NCBI GenBank assembly: GCA_021613535.1
Contig: CP075494.1
Span: forward strand, 8,370,001 to 8,434,000
Length of the DNA stretch: 64,000 nt
Origin: Adineta vaga
Lineage: Eukaryota > Animalia > Rotifera
Reading direction: 5' to 3'
Of this stretch, positions 1 to 12,126 are shown piece by piece. Each line of letters opens with the position of its first letter. The stretch's first letter is position 1. The notes under the pieces were generated by a model. It was not told the DNA's origin. It made no database searches and worked only from the letters and a program-made list of their open reading frames with translations. A program made the position numbers and the translations under genes.

Positions 1-1971
1 GTACAGACAAAGAGAGAAGAATTTTGCCCGCTGTGCTTCATGCACGTATAAACAATGAGTATCCTTACTAATCATTGGATATACAAGAGAAGAAGAAAAG
101 AAAAAAAGAAGGCAAGAAATAGAATATACTATAGTCATTACTCATTCGTTCTCTCTAGTGAGAAAACTAGAAGAAGAAGAAGAATAAGAAGGAAAGCGGT
201 CAGTCTACTACATATTGATACAGAGAAGGATTATTTTACTTCTGAATCTAATGCTACCAACATAACAACAATTCTTATCTATATATGTGTATAGAGAGAA
301 TTGGTTTAGTTCATTAAAATTTCGATTAAAGATAAATTTGTAATAGAAATAGATGGACAGTTCTAGACGACCTTTTTTTATGCAAAGTCTGATGTTGCTT
401 CGATCGAGTTAATCTTTTCTATCGACAAATGTAGTACTTCCGATTTGTGTTGATTGATTTATCGAATTAAAAGAATCGTTCTATTGTTAATAACAAGAAA
501 TAAACACTTGTTCGACAGTTTATCCTGATTATTATTATCATCATCATCATTCATAGATAATACAAAAGAAAATCTAATTCATAACAATCCTTTTTCTCTC
601 GAGTTCAATGTAAAATCATCTATATTATCTGTTATTTTATTTACCTGCATCATTATGTTTTGAAATATTATTATCTCGACTATTTAATATTGTATGAATA
701 ATATACACATGAATGAATGTTGCACAGAACCATTCATGTATGAGAGTCCAAAAAACACGCCAGACATTGCTCGAACTGTTAGCCATTATTGTTGCGTATG
801 AAATGATTGCTCACTAAACAATGATTCAAATGATTATATGATCAGTGAACTTTTTCTTTCGATAATCTCTCTTCTTCGATCGGATTAATGATGATTGTAT
901 GTTATGACAAAATCATATTGTTTTTTAATGAATCCACTGATTTGTCAATACAAATCTGAACGCGAAAGACCAATAAAACGATGATAGACGTCTCTATTCA
1001 AAAATTGACATTTTATCTCTCAAATAAACCATCAAATACTCAATTGAAGAACGAATGTTTCGTTTAGTATAAATATATGAAATGATTAAAAATCTTATAC
1101 TACAGTTATCTAAACAAATCTACTGAGAAAGTTAGTATATACTTTAACGATTTGACGAATTGTTCGCAAGATTCAAATCTGTCATTATCAGAAGAACTAA
1201 CATCAATACACTAACTGCTATGTTATACAAAATAATGACATGAAATCGAAAAGTATTTATAACTCGCGTCATATTTATTCTGTTCAATACAATATATCAT
1301 TATCATCTTCAATCAAACGATAGTGCCAGATGTTTCTCCGAGCAAGATACAACGATTATCACATATCAATATACAACCGATCATATTTTATTTAGATATT
1401 TTCAATATCTAGTAAAATTTCTCGTAATATGTGATAAATAACGTCAAGGGTCAATTTTTATGACTGTTCTGTTTTGTAAGAGAATAAAAACAGAAAAATA
1501 AGTTCGGATCCAGGCAATTTCCTATCGAGTAATTGAAGCGATGAATATCATAAGTTTGTATGCTGTTTGTCGTTATGTACAACGGCGTTTTGACGCAACG
1601 TACTTGGAAAATCTAATCAATATTAGCTGTTCTCTATTATATTAGGACTTTCCTAGTAAACTACAATTTATCTGGGTACATAAATAGTTGATTAATTATC
1701 AAAAAGTTTCACTATTCATTTCCATCTGTTGTTTTCAATATAATAATAATTGGAGAAATAACAAAGATATACAATTATCATCTAAACGACGCATTGTTTT
1801 TACGATCAGTCTATTTGACAGACAGAACTACGATGTCAAGAATTGTTTTTCTCAAGATACTTCCCTCGATAGATGATATATTTGGTAACAATCAATACAT
1901 TTCCTTTATTTTATAAAATAATACTTCAAAAAGAAGTTGTATCACAAGAGGAACAAAAAAAACAGACATTT

Positions 1972-2604
1972 TCAGTTCTTCTTCGTTTTTTGTGCATAAA
2001 TCCATTTTGTATATGGCTCTTCGAATAGTAATGCAATTTGATAGACAATATAAATTTCAAGAGTTAGTAGAATACCAACTGGTGATAAGTAATACAATGT
2101 CATGGCAATAAATGATAATGTTGAACCAACATACATTGGATTATTTAATACATTGAATGGAAAACTTGTGACTGGAGCATCCATAAGTATTCCACAGTAA
2201 TCACCTAGAAATGTTCCTGTTATACCTAATTTATAAAATGATGATAGAACAAATAATTGTCCAAGAAGAAATAATCCAATAGAAATGATTTGTATTAGTG
2301 GAAAATACTCATTCGGTATGATTAATTTCGGTTGATTTTGTATTGTTTTTCGAATTAAATAATCTCGATAGGATGAAAATGAAAATATCCATATAGTTAA
2401 TAAATAACATGTTAAATATCGTACATATTTCGGTGTAGTTTTAGGTAAAAATTTATGAAGTAAACGTGCAAGAATATTCCATATTAATGGACAGAATATG
2501 ATTATACAGCATGTATAATGCAAATGAGAATCATTAAAATTAATGGATAAAATGGACATTGTATTCGAGAAAAAGATTTCGTTTTTTTTTGTATATGATT
2601 TCAT
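1972..2604 (-). CDS. PEMT: Phosphatidyl-N-methylethanolamine/phosphatidylethanolamine N-methyltransferase (PEMT/OPI3 family), intronless; alternative start at 2559
   Basis: Motifs CPLIWNILAR, LGITGTFLGDYCGILMDAPVTSFPFNVLNNPMYVGST and ALLFEEPYTKWIY match the PEMT/Opi3 family; several hydrophobic helices; Lys-rich C-terminus. Confidence 0.93.
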   Translation of the reverse strand: MKSYTKKNEIFFSNTMSILSINFNDSHLHYTCCIIIFCPLIWNILARLLHKFLPKTTPKYVRYLTCYLLTIWIFSFSSYRDYLIRKTIQNQPKLIIPNEYFPLIQIISIGLFLLGQLFVLSSFYKLGITGTFLGDYCGILMDAPVTSFPFNVLNNPMYVGSTLSFIAMTLYYLSPVGILLTLEIYIVYQIALLFEEPYTKWIYAQKTKKN

Positions 2605-3744
2605 GTTTATTCAAGTTAAAGATAGAGAGTTTGATAAGGGTATACTATGGATCCAATCAGGTAATCTATGGTCCGAAGATTCGAAAAGATATCCTCAGTG
2701 TTGTTTTAAGAAAATATAATGATTTATACCGATGTTTTTGATTGATAATATGTTCTTGTATCATTATATCATATCTATTCATGATTTCTTTATAAAAACA
2801 TTCATTCTTTTCTTTCAATGCAATAGTCTTTATTTTGTCGATAGATTGTAATCGTACTTGTCAAAAGAAAAATGACTTCAATAGCGTTTCGATGATAAGA
2901 TCAATTTTTCTTTGCTTTATTCATGCTCATCGAACGGTATCCGTCTAATAATATATGATTTATATTATTACATATGCAAAGTAAAGGTGCAATCAACAAA
3001 CTAGATTGCATGTCTTTTTTTTCCAATGCATCGAGTCCTTTATTGATACGTGTATATTAAAATAAATTAAACGAAAATTTACAGGCAATTGATTCAGTAT
3101 ATATGGAACTAATTTGACCAATAATATGTACAGATTAATTGATTTAATCGATTGATGACTAGGGAAGATATTTTCTTGGCATTGATTGTTGTTTACGAGC
3201 TTTTCTGTTTTTGTCCTCGAAAGCCTTCTAATAGGAATGATCAATTATTTTTCTTTTTGTCTGATATTTTCGTTGTGTATTGCATTACATTTGTTATGGT
3301 ATAAGTTGAATAATTGTCTGCTCATTTCTCCTTGTCATCATAGAAGAACACATTTCATACATGTACATCACTTGTTGTCTATATATTCATTAATTATATT
3401 AGTTACTTGACACGAGTACACAAAGATATCATTCATCATTGAAAAAAATTGTCTCGATTGTTTTTTGTGTATTTTTCTTTTTGCACACACACACACATAG
3501 AATGTTGAGCGTCCACTTTTGATATAGGTAATTATACCTTAACATCAATCGATTATTTATTCTTTCTTATTTTCATTGTAATCTGTTCTTGCTTTTTGTA
3601 TTTTATTCTTTTTTCTTGCTCGTTCTTTCTGATCATTTTTGTCCTCCTACGTTCTCACTAATAAGTCATACTATATAACTCACCACAAACCACAAATTAT
3701 ATTGTGTTGTCTCTTAAATAATTTTTAGATACAAGTAAATAATC

Positions 3745-4431
3745 ATGGCAGCTGTTCTCAATCCTTATAATGCATTTACAGGTTTTCAACAACAATCTTT
3801 TTATTCAGGATTTCCTTTGAATTTTTCAACAGCACCTGTTGCAAATAGATTCTATGCACCACCACAGTTTCCTATCTATTCACAACCACCACCGATGACA
3901 GCATATCCATCGGAATCAGCCCGTGGATATCCTCAACAACAACAACAGGCACCATGTCAAGCACAACAGGTACCATGCCAAGCACGACAGACATCATACC
4001 AAGCACAAGGCGCATCACGTCAACCACAACAAGCACCAATGCATCCTCAACAGGCGCCATTACCACTTCGTCAACAAAACACAATACGATCTCAAAATGT
4101 GCCAATGCCTCCACCACCACCACCACAATCGGTACCATCACAAGAGAGAACAGTTGAATACGTAGATGCAGATCCAAGTATATTTCGTCGTCGTCAACCA
4201 CGTATTATTCGACAAGTAATCAAGTTACCAACGCCAGAACCAATCTATCGTCAAGTAAGACATCGTTTGCCAACACCTGAACGTGAAGTTATTCAACGAA
4301 CGATAATAAAGAAAGCAAATGGTGATGTCGTTGTCAGACAACAACAACCATCAAGACCTAGAACCGAAAGTCGAACGGAAAATACTTCATCACGTCATTC
4401 AACACGTCATCGACATGTTTATACTGATTAA
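3745..4431 (+). CDS. Pro/Gln-rich low-complexity protein with repeated LPTPE motif, function unknown
   Basis: 228-aa ORF with coding-like composition; TTTTAG acceptor about 15 bp upstream of the ATG; overlapping ORFs are shadows. Confidence 0.75.
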   Translation: MAAVLNPYNAFTGFQQQSFYSGFPLNFSTAPVANRFYAPPQFPIYSQPPPMTAYPSESARGYPQQQQQAPCQAQQVPCQARQTSYQAQGASRQPQQAPMHPQQAPLPLRQQNTIRSQNVPMPPPPPPQSVPSQERTVEYVDADPSIFRRRQPRIIRQVIKLPTPEPIYRQVRHRLPTPEREVIQRTIIKKANGDVVVRQQQPSRPRTESRTENTSSRHSTRHRHVYTD

Positions 4432-5347
4432 GACTTATCTTAATCAAGTTCGAAGATCGATTGAAAAAATACTATTCGTTCTTCATTTAATTAATTATTT
4501 ATTTTTCGCTTTTATCTTAGACACTTTATTTATTGTCACACTTTTTTTTTCTAATTGTCTCTTTTAAACCGGAATTGTCATAAATAGATAGAATATAAAT
4601 CATAACATGTCTATCAGTCAATTTTTTTTTCTACTTAAATTTAATTATTTCAAATCATGCATATAGATACCTTTAGATAGCAAAATTTTCTACTGCTATC
4701 ACATAATGGATAATATTATTTACTAATCAATCGGAACTATTGATATGGTCGACGAGCATTTGATTTCATTGTGACAATAACATAGACACTGTATTGTGAC
4801 CTCAGAATCAATTATTGTTTTGATAATGATCTCTGTCTGTATGTATAAAGAATCTCAAGGTGTATAAGAATAAGGTTAACAAATTTAGGTGGACTACATA
4901 ATTGCATTGTAATTTATTGCAATTGAACTACGTATTTTTGTTCGTTTTCTTCCTATCTTTGTTCACAAACATAAGAGAAGGATAATCTGATGTTGCTTTG
5001 ATTGATTTTTAGAGTCAATATTTTAGTTGAATCATTGACATCAATTTACAAAATCTAAGTTTTGAGACATATAAAAAACAGTCATGTATGATAGAAATAC
5101 AGGTGTATTCTGTTCACTGCTCGCCCACACTCTCAAGTTTATCTTTAAAATATCATTGGTTAATCTTTTAAGAAAAATCGGATTGTATTTATCTGTTCGG
5201 TTTTTTCCTTTCATTTCCTATCTACGATAACATACAAAATAAATGAGTAATGATTGAAAGATCAATGACGTCATATATTCTCTTTTGCATTACACGTAAA
5301 CGTACTTAAAACATACATTTCCTAATTCAGTTATATTGTGTATTCTC

Positions 5348-6053
5348 TTACCTAATAAAATCTTACTGGATATCTTCGAATATTTATCTATGATCGAACT
5401 TTTTCATAGCTTTGACAAATCTCAATTCACATTTTAATTATCTACCAACAATTTTTTAAATGATGCTAAATTTAGTTTCTTTATCCATATAAATATATGA
5501 GCTTAAGTATCAAATGACATTAATGGCAATATCACATTATGATAAGGATATGGAAGAAGAATTCAATGAATTAGTTGATTCATTTCGAACAAACTTTGGG
5601 ATTGATGAATATCAATGGTCTATCAGTTGTGATTGTTTATATTCAAATCTATACTATCGTTTTATTCTGAAGACGTTACCAGATGTTTTAGAAAATGAAC
5701 ATAGAGCAGTTGTGAAATCGATTCGATCTCATCCTGGTTTTAATCAAAATAAAATATTTGAATTGTCTTTTCCAACTGATGAACGATTTCTTACAATCGA
5801 TTCGACTTTTGAGCGACTCACTTCCCTCACAGTTCTTCATTCTAACAATCAACATATTGATCATATATCATCACAACTACAACTACTACTTGATAGTTCA
5901 CCTCGTCTCTATTCATTAATTTTTCGTACGGAATCAGTGTATCGCTTAGAAGTACCACTGACGAACTTAACAAGTAAATCAATTCATCAAAAACATAACT
6001 TTCTTTTTGTTTGGTTTTGTCGATATTTTTTGATTTTTCTTGTTTTTATTTGA
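5348..6053 (+). pseudogene. Degenerate F-box/LRR-like gene relic
   Basis: 5348 onward reads LPNKILLDIFEYLSMIELFHSF, then a +1 frameshift to NLNSHFNYL (N-terminal F-box-like motif). The 5514-6053 ORF has an LRR-like segment (LQLLLDSSPRLYSLIF) and runs out into non-coding sequence. Confidence 0.6.
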
Positions 6054-6468
6054 TTACTGTATGTTCTGAAGTAGATGAGTAATTTTTAAAAGTATTAGAG
6101 CAAACGAGTAAAACAGAAGAGAAGTCTCTAGTTGAAACATCGGTATACATAGCAAAGATTTTATATTGAAATTGAAATTTGTCGTATTTCTTTAGTGAAC
6201 GCATCGGGCGAATTCATCAAAAAAATGCAAATCACTTTTAGGATTTTGTCTTGAATAATTTCGCGCAAACTTTTCATCAGTAACCTATTTTTTTGTATAT
6301 AAAAATATTTGTCTTTAGTCTTGTTAACATTCTTCGTTATGTATTAATAAAATAAAGGAATACGCCGGCAGAAAAGAAATATATAGGGATTTATTCTCAA
6401 GATTGAAGCCATGTGTTTCTTTAAAAAGTTCAGTCAAGAAAAGCGAGATACTCGAGGTAAAAATAGAG

Positions 6469-7951
6469 TCAACCAATACGATTGAATTTTATAACTCGAT
6501 AATTGTTTGGATCTGTGACATATAAATTGCGATTGGAATCCAATGCAATGCCGGTAGGATAGGAGAACTGAGATCCTGCAATAATTCGACCACTTGAACC
6601 CGGCGAGTTTGAACAAAATAAGACAATGCGACGATTGCTGGAATCCGATACGTAGATATTGCCTTGTGAATCACGTTTCACGTCTTGTGGATAGGAAAAT
6701 AAATACTCTGTGGAACCATATGTATTATTAGCTCCGAGTAATATTGCTCCATTCGTAGCCCCTATTTGCCATGCAACAATTGTGTGTGCATTATAATTGG
6801 TAATATACATTGTATTCGTTGTTATATCTACGGTGAAGCCATAAGGATAGTAGAGTTGTGATGTTGAAAGGCCACAACTTTGATCACCTGCCAATATAGT
6901 GCCAGCTGTAGATGTTGGCGTCCACATTCGTACAACACAGTTATATGTATAACTGGCATATACGTTTTTGTTTGTATCAACAAAAAGCCCCAAGACACTA
7001 CCTAGACCATTTGAACCTGGAAGTTGTGTACTAGTCAATGCACCTATTGCCCATACGCGAATACCAATACTATCAGCAATATAGAGGTTTCCATTTGAAT
7101 CACCAGTAATTGCTGTAGGATAAGAGAGTAAACTATTATTACTTCCCAGAAAACCTGAAACACCTGCAATAGTAGTCCCAGACACAGCATTTGGTAGCCA
7201 CTGTTGAACACGATGATTATTGTAATCAGCTATGTACATCGCATTATTCGGATCAACATAGATAGCTATCTGATACCCGAATTGATTCGCTGCGTTACCA
7301 TATGATCCATTGCCTGCGACCATCACACCAACTCGTTCCCACTGTAATGAACTACCTAAATGGCAATCAATAGATACACGCCGATTCTTAACAAAATCGA
7401 CGCTATGATAAATATTTACATGCTGAATTTGTCGCTGTCGTTGAAGATGAGGGCCCTATGCATAAAATAATCATCATATATAAATAGCATAGTTATTTTC
7501 GACTTAGTAACGTACTCGACAAAAGAACTCCCAAGCAGTGCCTGTTGATATAGCAGCAATACCTAAGCCGACTAGCAGACCGATTAGACGATTCTTCCAT
7601 GCTAATGTAAAACAACTTTTCCTAAACGAAAAGAAACGAAAAATGCTTACTATTGCTTCAATATTAAACTAACATTTTTGCGTAAGCTCTATATTTGTTC
7701 GATTTCTCTTCTGATATAGATGGTGGCAGCCATGCATTGGAATTAGCAGTAGTCGTACTTGGTGAATGGAGAAGATTGGCTGGACTAACTTGTTGACGAC
7801 TAGGTCGTTCTTGATCATTCGCTGCACGTGTTAGTATCCGACTAAACCGAGGATCAATTGATGCACTAATAGGTATCGATATTTCAGATGGACGAGTCAT
7901 TTGACTCGCTTGAAGAGCATATTGTTCACACAATATACTACCACGATACAT
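6469..7951 (-). CDS. Single-pass membrane protein with NHL-repeat beta-propeller; exons approx. 7951-7674, 7621-7516, 7455-7420, 7356-6469
   Basis: Repeated YPxGIxxDxxxNLYV/IxDxxNxRV NHL units. GT-AG introns link an N-terminal low-complexity exon and a TM exon (LIGLLVGLGIAAIS). Confidence 0.85.
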
Positions 7952-9005
7952 TGAAATACGATTTAAGTTTGTCTTCCAAAAAAATAAAATAATAACACAT
8001 TGAGAGGTGTGTATTCTTATTTATACCAGTGTATTTTTATATACTCATTGGAATGCAGATTTCTCGTTTATTTACGAAATCTTTCCAGTGAATTTAGACA
8101 AGAACAAACCATATTAAATTAAATAATTCATTGTATTGTGAAATTCGATGAAAATTTTAGTTGTCTGAATATGTCTTCTTTTATTATCATATTTTTATAT
8201 TATTACTATTTGCAATCGTGCTTAATACACATGCGAAATACTGATTGATTTCAAAATTTCCTAGAGGTCGCTCTTATCCATCAGGTTTATATTGATGCAT
8301 TCCGATTGGTGAGTCAATGACGTGTAAGATAATAAAAAAAAACGATAATAATTATAATGTTTTTCGTTATTCGTTAGACGAAAAAAAGGGCAGAAACTGT
8401 TGCCTTTTTGTTCTTTTAGAACGACTGATACCGATCTATATTTTATTATAATTACTATCATTTAGTTAGTATGAAGAATTTTTCTCTTTCCATTCTCAAA
8501 TAATTGTGTCTATTCTTACTTTTCAACTGACACATCTGAAAGTAAGAACGATTTCATTTTAAATCTCACAAGAAATTGTGATTCATTAATAGTCGATTTA
8601 TTTCTACATGACATTGAACTCATTCTGTGATAGTATATAGCAGAGATATTTATTTTCTTTCATTTAGTTTCTCGATTCATACAAATCATTTCTACAAAAA
8701 CAAGCTTTCAATTATACAGAACAGGAAATTGATGACGATGAAAAGACTACGTTTACATAACCATAAGTCAAACAAGCACTTTCTACCATATCAATGAATC
8801 TATAGAAAGCATCAGTCATAGAATTGAATGGAAAGATATTGATTAGAATACTTCTCGTTTGTACATTGGTTGAAATCTCTCAATGTTTATTTTCATTGTT
8901 CTTATCTTTATATCTTGAATGACGATGAAGATTTTTTTCTTTTTCTTTCGTTTGCTTATTCACAACATTTGTTTTCTATTTTAGATTTTTACTTTGTGAA
9001 ATAAA

Positions 9006-9410
9006 ATGAAGTGGCCACTTTGCGGACCCAAATTATCCTTATGTTGTTCAATTATATCAGTATGGGGTGTCATTCAATTTGCTCTAATGGGAATATTCTT
9101 CTTTGTTAAAGCGGCACCTTTATTAGAAGATTTTGAATTCGATGGCAAAAATGAAACAGATATAAATAAATTCAATGAAAAACTTGAAACAGCTTTTCAT
9201 CAACGTGCTTATAATTGTTGGATTGCAGCTTTTCTCTATATTGCTTTATTAGTCTTTGCTGGTATGCAATTTATGACAAATTTAAAGAAATCTTCACGAA
9301 CTAATATTCCAACGTCAATCACATCGCCATTTGCTGGTGTGACAACGGAACATGATGGTTGTAATTCACAATATGGAGTACAATTTCCTAATAATCAAAG
9401 TGAAACATAA
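9006..9410 (+). CDS. RNASEK: Ribonuclease kappa / V-ATPase subunit f
   Basis: CGPKLSLCCSIISVWGVIQ..MGIFF and AYNCWIAAFLY are the RNase kappa two-TM signature. Confidence 0.9.
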   Translation: MKWPLCGPKLSLCCSIISVWGVIQFALMGIFFFVKAAPLLEDFEFDGKNETDINKFNEKLETAFHQRAYNCWIAAFLYIALLVFAGMQFMTNLKKSSRTNIPTSITSPFAGVTTEHDGCNSQYGVQFPNNQSET

Positions 9411-9801
9411 GATTTTTAATACACAGTGACAATTCTTGATAATACTTATTTTTTTTTCTTTCGCTTTTTATTTATATGTGACGGTGCTGGGGAGAGATGA
9501 TATTCTTGTGCTTGTATAACTTCAAACAAAAAAAATCGATATAAAGCATTTATTAAAAGAAACGATTTCGTATAATCATTTACTCAACAGTCTTGACTTG
9601 ATCGAGTATATCATCACTTTGTATATTCATTCGTTACGTATGAAATATACTTAACAAATTCTTTCAGTCTTTCATTAATTGAAAATATATCCTATATCAT
9701 ATTGATTAGGTAGAAATGATTTTGGAACATTTAATAAATGTATCAATTTAATTTGTGAACGTAAAATTCTGATCTAAAGATTCATTTTCCGTTCACTTTA
9801 A

Positions 9802-10409
9802 CAAATGAATCGAAATCTATGGATTAGAATCAAAATTCTGTGCTCTTTCTGTATATGAGCTTAGAACTTTTGTATCTATTTTTTGTTTGCACGTAGCAAA
9901 GAAACCTTTAAAAGACTTGAAAAATTTGTTTGGTACAATGAACTCGACTCTGCATAAGTATGGTGTACGACAGTTCTTAGCATTTTTCTAAACGGAAATA
10001 TACTGGCTAGAAGAAAAAGCTGTTTTTGCGACTACTCTCGCACAAAAATAGATACGAAATTTCTAAGCTTATATTTAGAAAGAGCACAGAATTTGGATTC
10101 TACTCCATAAACTCTGACTCAGAGTTGGAACAGGTCCGACCGGACCGGACAAGACAAGACAAGACCGGATGAAAATGCAAACCGGCGAGGGTGAAACCGG
10201 ATTTGTACCATTTTGTTATATTGAAATTTATGCTCCTATTTACAGTTTTTACGATTCAAACCTTGACAGATTTCATTACTATCTCAGTGGATAAAACCTG
10301 GTATACATGAATGATTTTGCTGGATGTTTGGTAGTTTGGCGTCAAAAATAAACCGGCCGGACCGGATGAAAAAAATTTGTCCGGTTCCAACTCTGCTTTG
10401 ACTCGTCTG
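9802..10409. mobile_element. Old foldback/MITE-like element with long imperfect inverted repeats; right arm interrupted by a younger MITE
   Basis: 9817-9884 is an imperfect reverse complement of 10044-10110 (about 67 bp). The match resumes across the insertion (9802-9816 vs 10111-10119 + 10404-10409), with transition mismatches. Confidence 0.7.
10120..10395. mobile_element. Non-autonomous hAT-like MITE (276 bp)
   Basis: TIRs CAGAGTTGGAAC(A/C)GG at 10120 and CCGGTTCCAACTCTG ending 10395. 8-bp TSD CTCTGACT (10112-10119) / CTTTGACT (10396-10403). Subterminal CCGGA/CCGG repeats. Confidence 0.85.
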
Positions 10410-10913
10410 AAGTATTTTTCTAAATGGGCATATTATCCTAAAACTTTCAATCTACTCGTTGAGCATGATTATCATCGATTATAAAATAAAACATGTCTGT
10501 AATCTAAAATAAGTGTCGACTGATAATAATTTTACTAAGGATATTAAGCACGCATACAATATGAGAAGGTTCATAATTATTTTTCCTTGTAAGAAAATGA
10601 ACAGATAGCTTATAAACTATTATAAAAAACATTCTGAAAAGAATAATTTTGATTGTTAAAGATTGCTACTTTTTGATACTAGTCACAACATGCTATGTAA
10701 CCCAATAGATATTATAATATGCGATTTTTTTCTTCAAGATGTGCATACTCATATTGAAACTTGAAGAGCACTTATTTTTAATTGTTAACATATGAGAATA
10801 GAAAAGTGTAAAGAAACGAACTATACGAACTTTTTTCTTTCATTATCTAAAGAATATTTTCTTCCAAAGTTTTCATTTCTACTGTAAAAAATAAGATTTT
10901 GTAGAGAGATAAT

Positions 10914-12032
10914 ATGTTTGACAGTAAGTAGAAGATTTTCATTGAAATGTATAGAAAATATTTTATTATACTTTCAGAATCCATTTCTGATGATTGTTGG
11001 TATTCAATTATTAATTTAACAAATTCAACTGTTGTTCGTCAAACAACTGGAAATGAATGTCGATTTTCTAGAATAGCTGGTACAATCTTATTAATCGTTG
11101 CAATTAATTCACTTATATTCAATATTTATTCATTAAAATTATCAAAAAAACGTTTACAAATGTCATCACATGATCGAACACTTATTATTGGAATGTTTAT
11201 TTCATCTTTATGTGTAACTGTTATAAGTACACCATCGGTCATCACACAATGTTTTCTTTGTCATCAATTATGTTCATCATTGATTTGTCGAATAGAAGGT
11301 TTTAATTCATTTTTTAATGGTTGTGCAACAATGCATTTGCTTGTTTCTTTATCAATTGTTCGTTATGTAACAACAGCTAATTCACCATTTTCAATTCATT
11401 TTCAACATCAAATTAAACGACTAGATCTTTTATTAGTTTTCATTTGTTTTCTTACTGGAAGTATATGGTCTATTCCACCAATGTTTAGTTATATCAATAG
11501 TTACGTACCTGAAGGACTTGGTTTTCATTGTGGTTTAAATTGGTTTAATCGTTCATTATCGAGTCGAACTTATTTCTTTTTACTTTTTCTGTGTGTCTAC
11601 TTTATTCCTATCACCATAATGATATGTATTAATTTTAGTATTCAACGAACAATTCATCGTTTAACACGTTTATATCCTAATGTTTTACTTGACATTACTA
11701 ATCGACCTTGTGAACATATTCTTCGACGACATATTTCAAAAACATTATGTGATAAAAGTCTACAACGATTACAACATTTATATGAAGATCGACGATTTGT
11801 TATAGCAACAGGCGTCAGTGTTGTGATTTATCTCATTGCATGGACACCCTATAGCATAGTAGCTTTGTCTCAATTATTTGGTAGAAGTTTTTCATTATAT
11901 AAACCATGGATTATGACAATATGTGCATTCTTAGCAAAAATTTCGATAATGATTAATCCGACTATTTACACAATTTTAATAAGAGCTCAAGAAACAATAG
12001 AAATTCTTCATAGTGAAGATGATCTCTTTTGA
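10914..12032 (+). CDS. Opsin (retinal-binding class A GPCR); micro-exon 10914-10923 + exon 10978-12032
   Basis: 7 TM helices; CRIEGF (TM3), YVPEGLGFHCGLNW (ECL2), AWTPY (TM6), FLAK...NPTIY with Schiff-base Lys at 11937-11939. ATGTTTGACA|GTAAGT...TTTCAG joins in frame. Confidence 0.92.
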
Positions 12033-12126
12033 AAAAGTTTCTTTTCGTTTTTTCTATAAATCAAAATTATTATGTGAATGGAAAACTAAAATTTGAGTTT
12101 ATATATTAAAAATATGTTCCTGAATT

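Noticed and set aside
3872-4201. His-rich, Thr-rich and Val-rich overlapping ORFs
   Set aside because: Alternative-frame and antisense shadows of the CAA/CCA-rich Pro/Gln gene.
6469-7951. NHL-repeat gene as a novel system
   Set aside because: Typical member of a large expanded family in such genomes; no additional effector domain visible.
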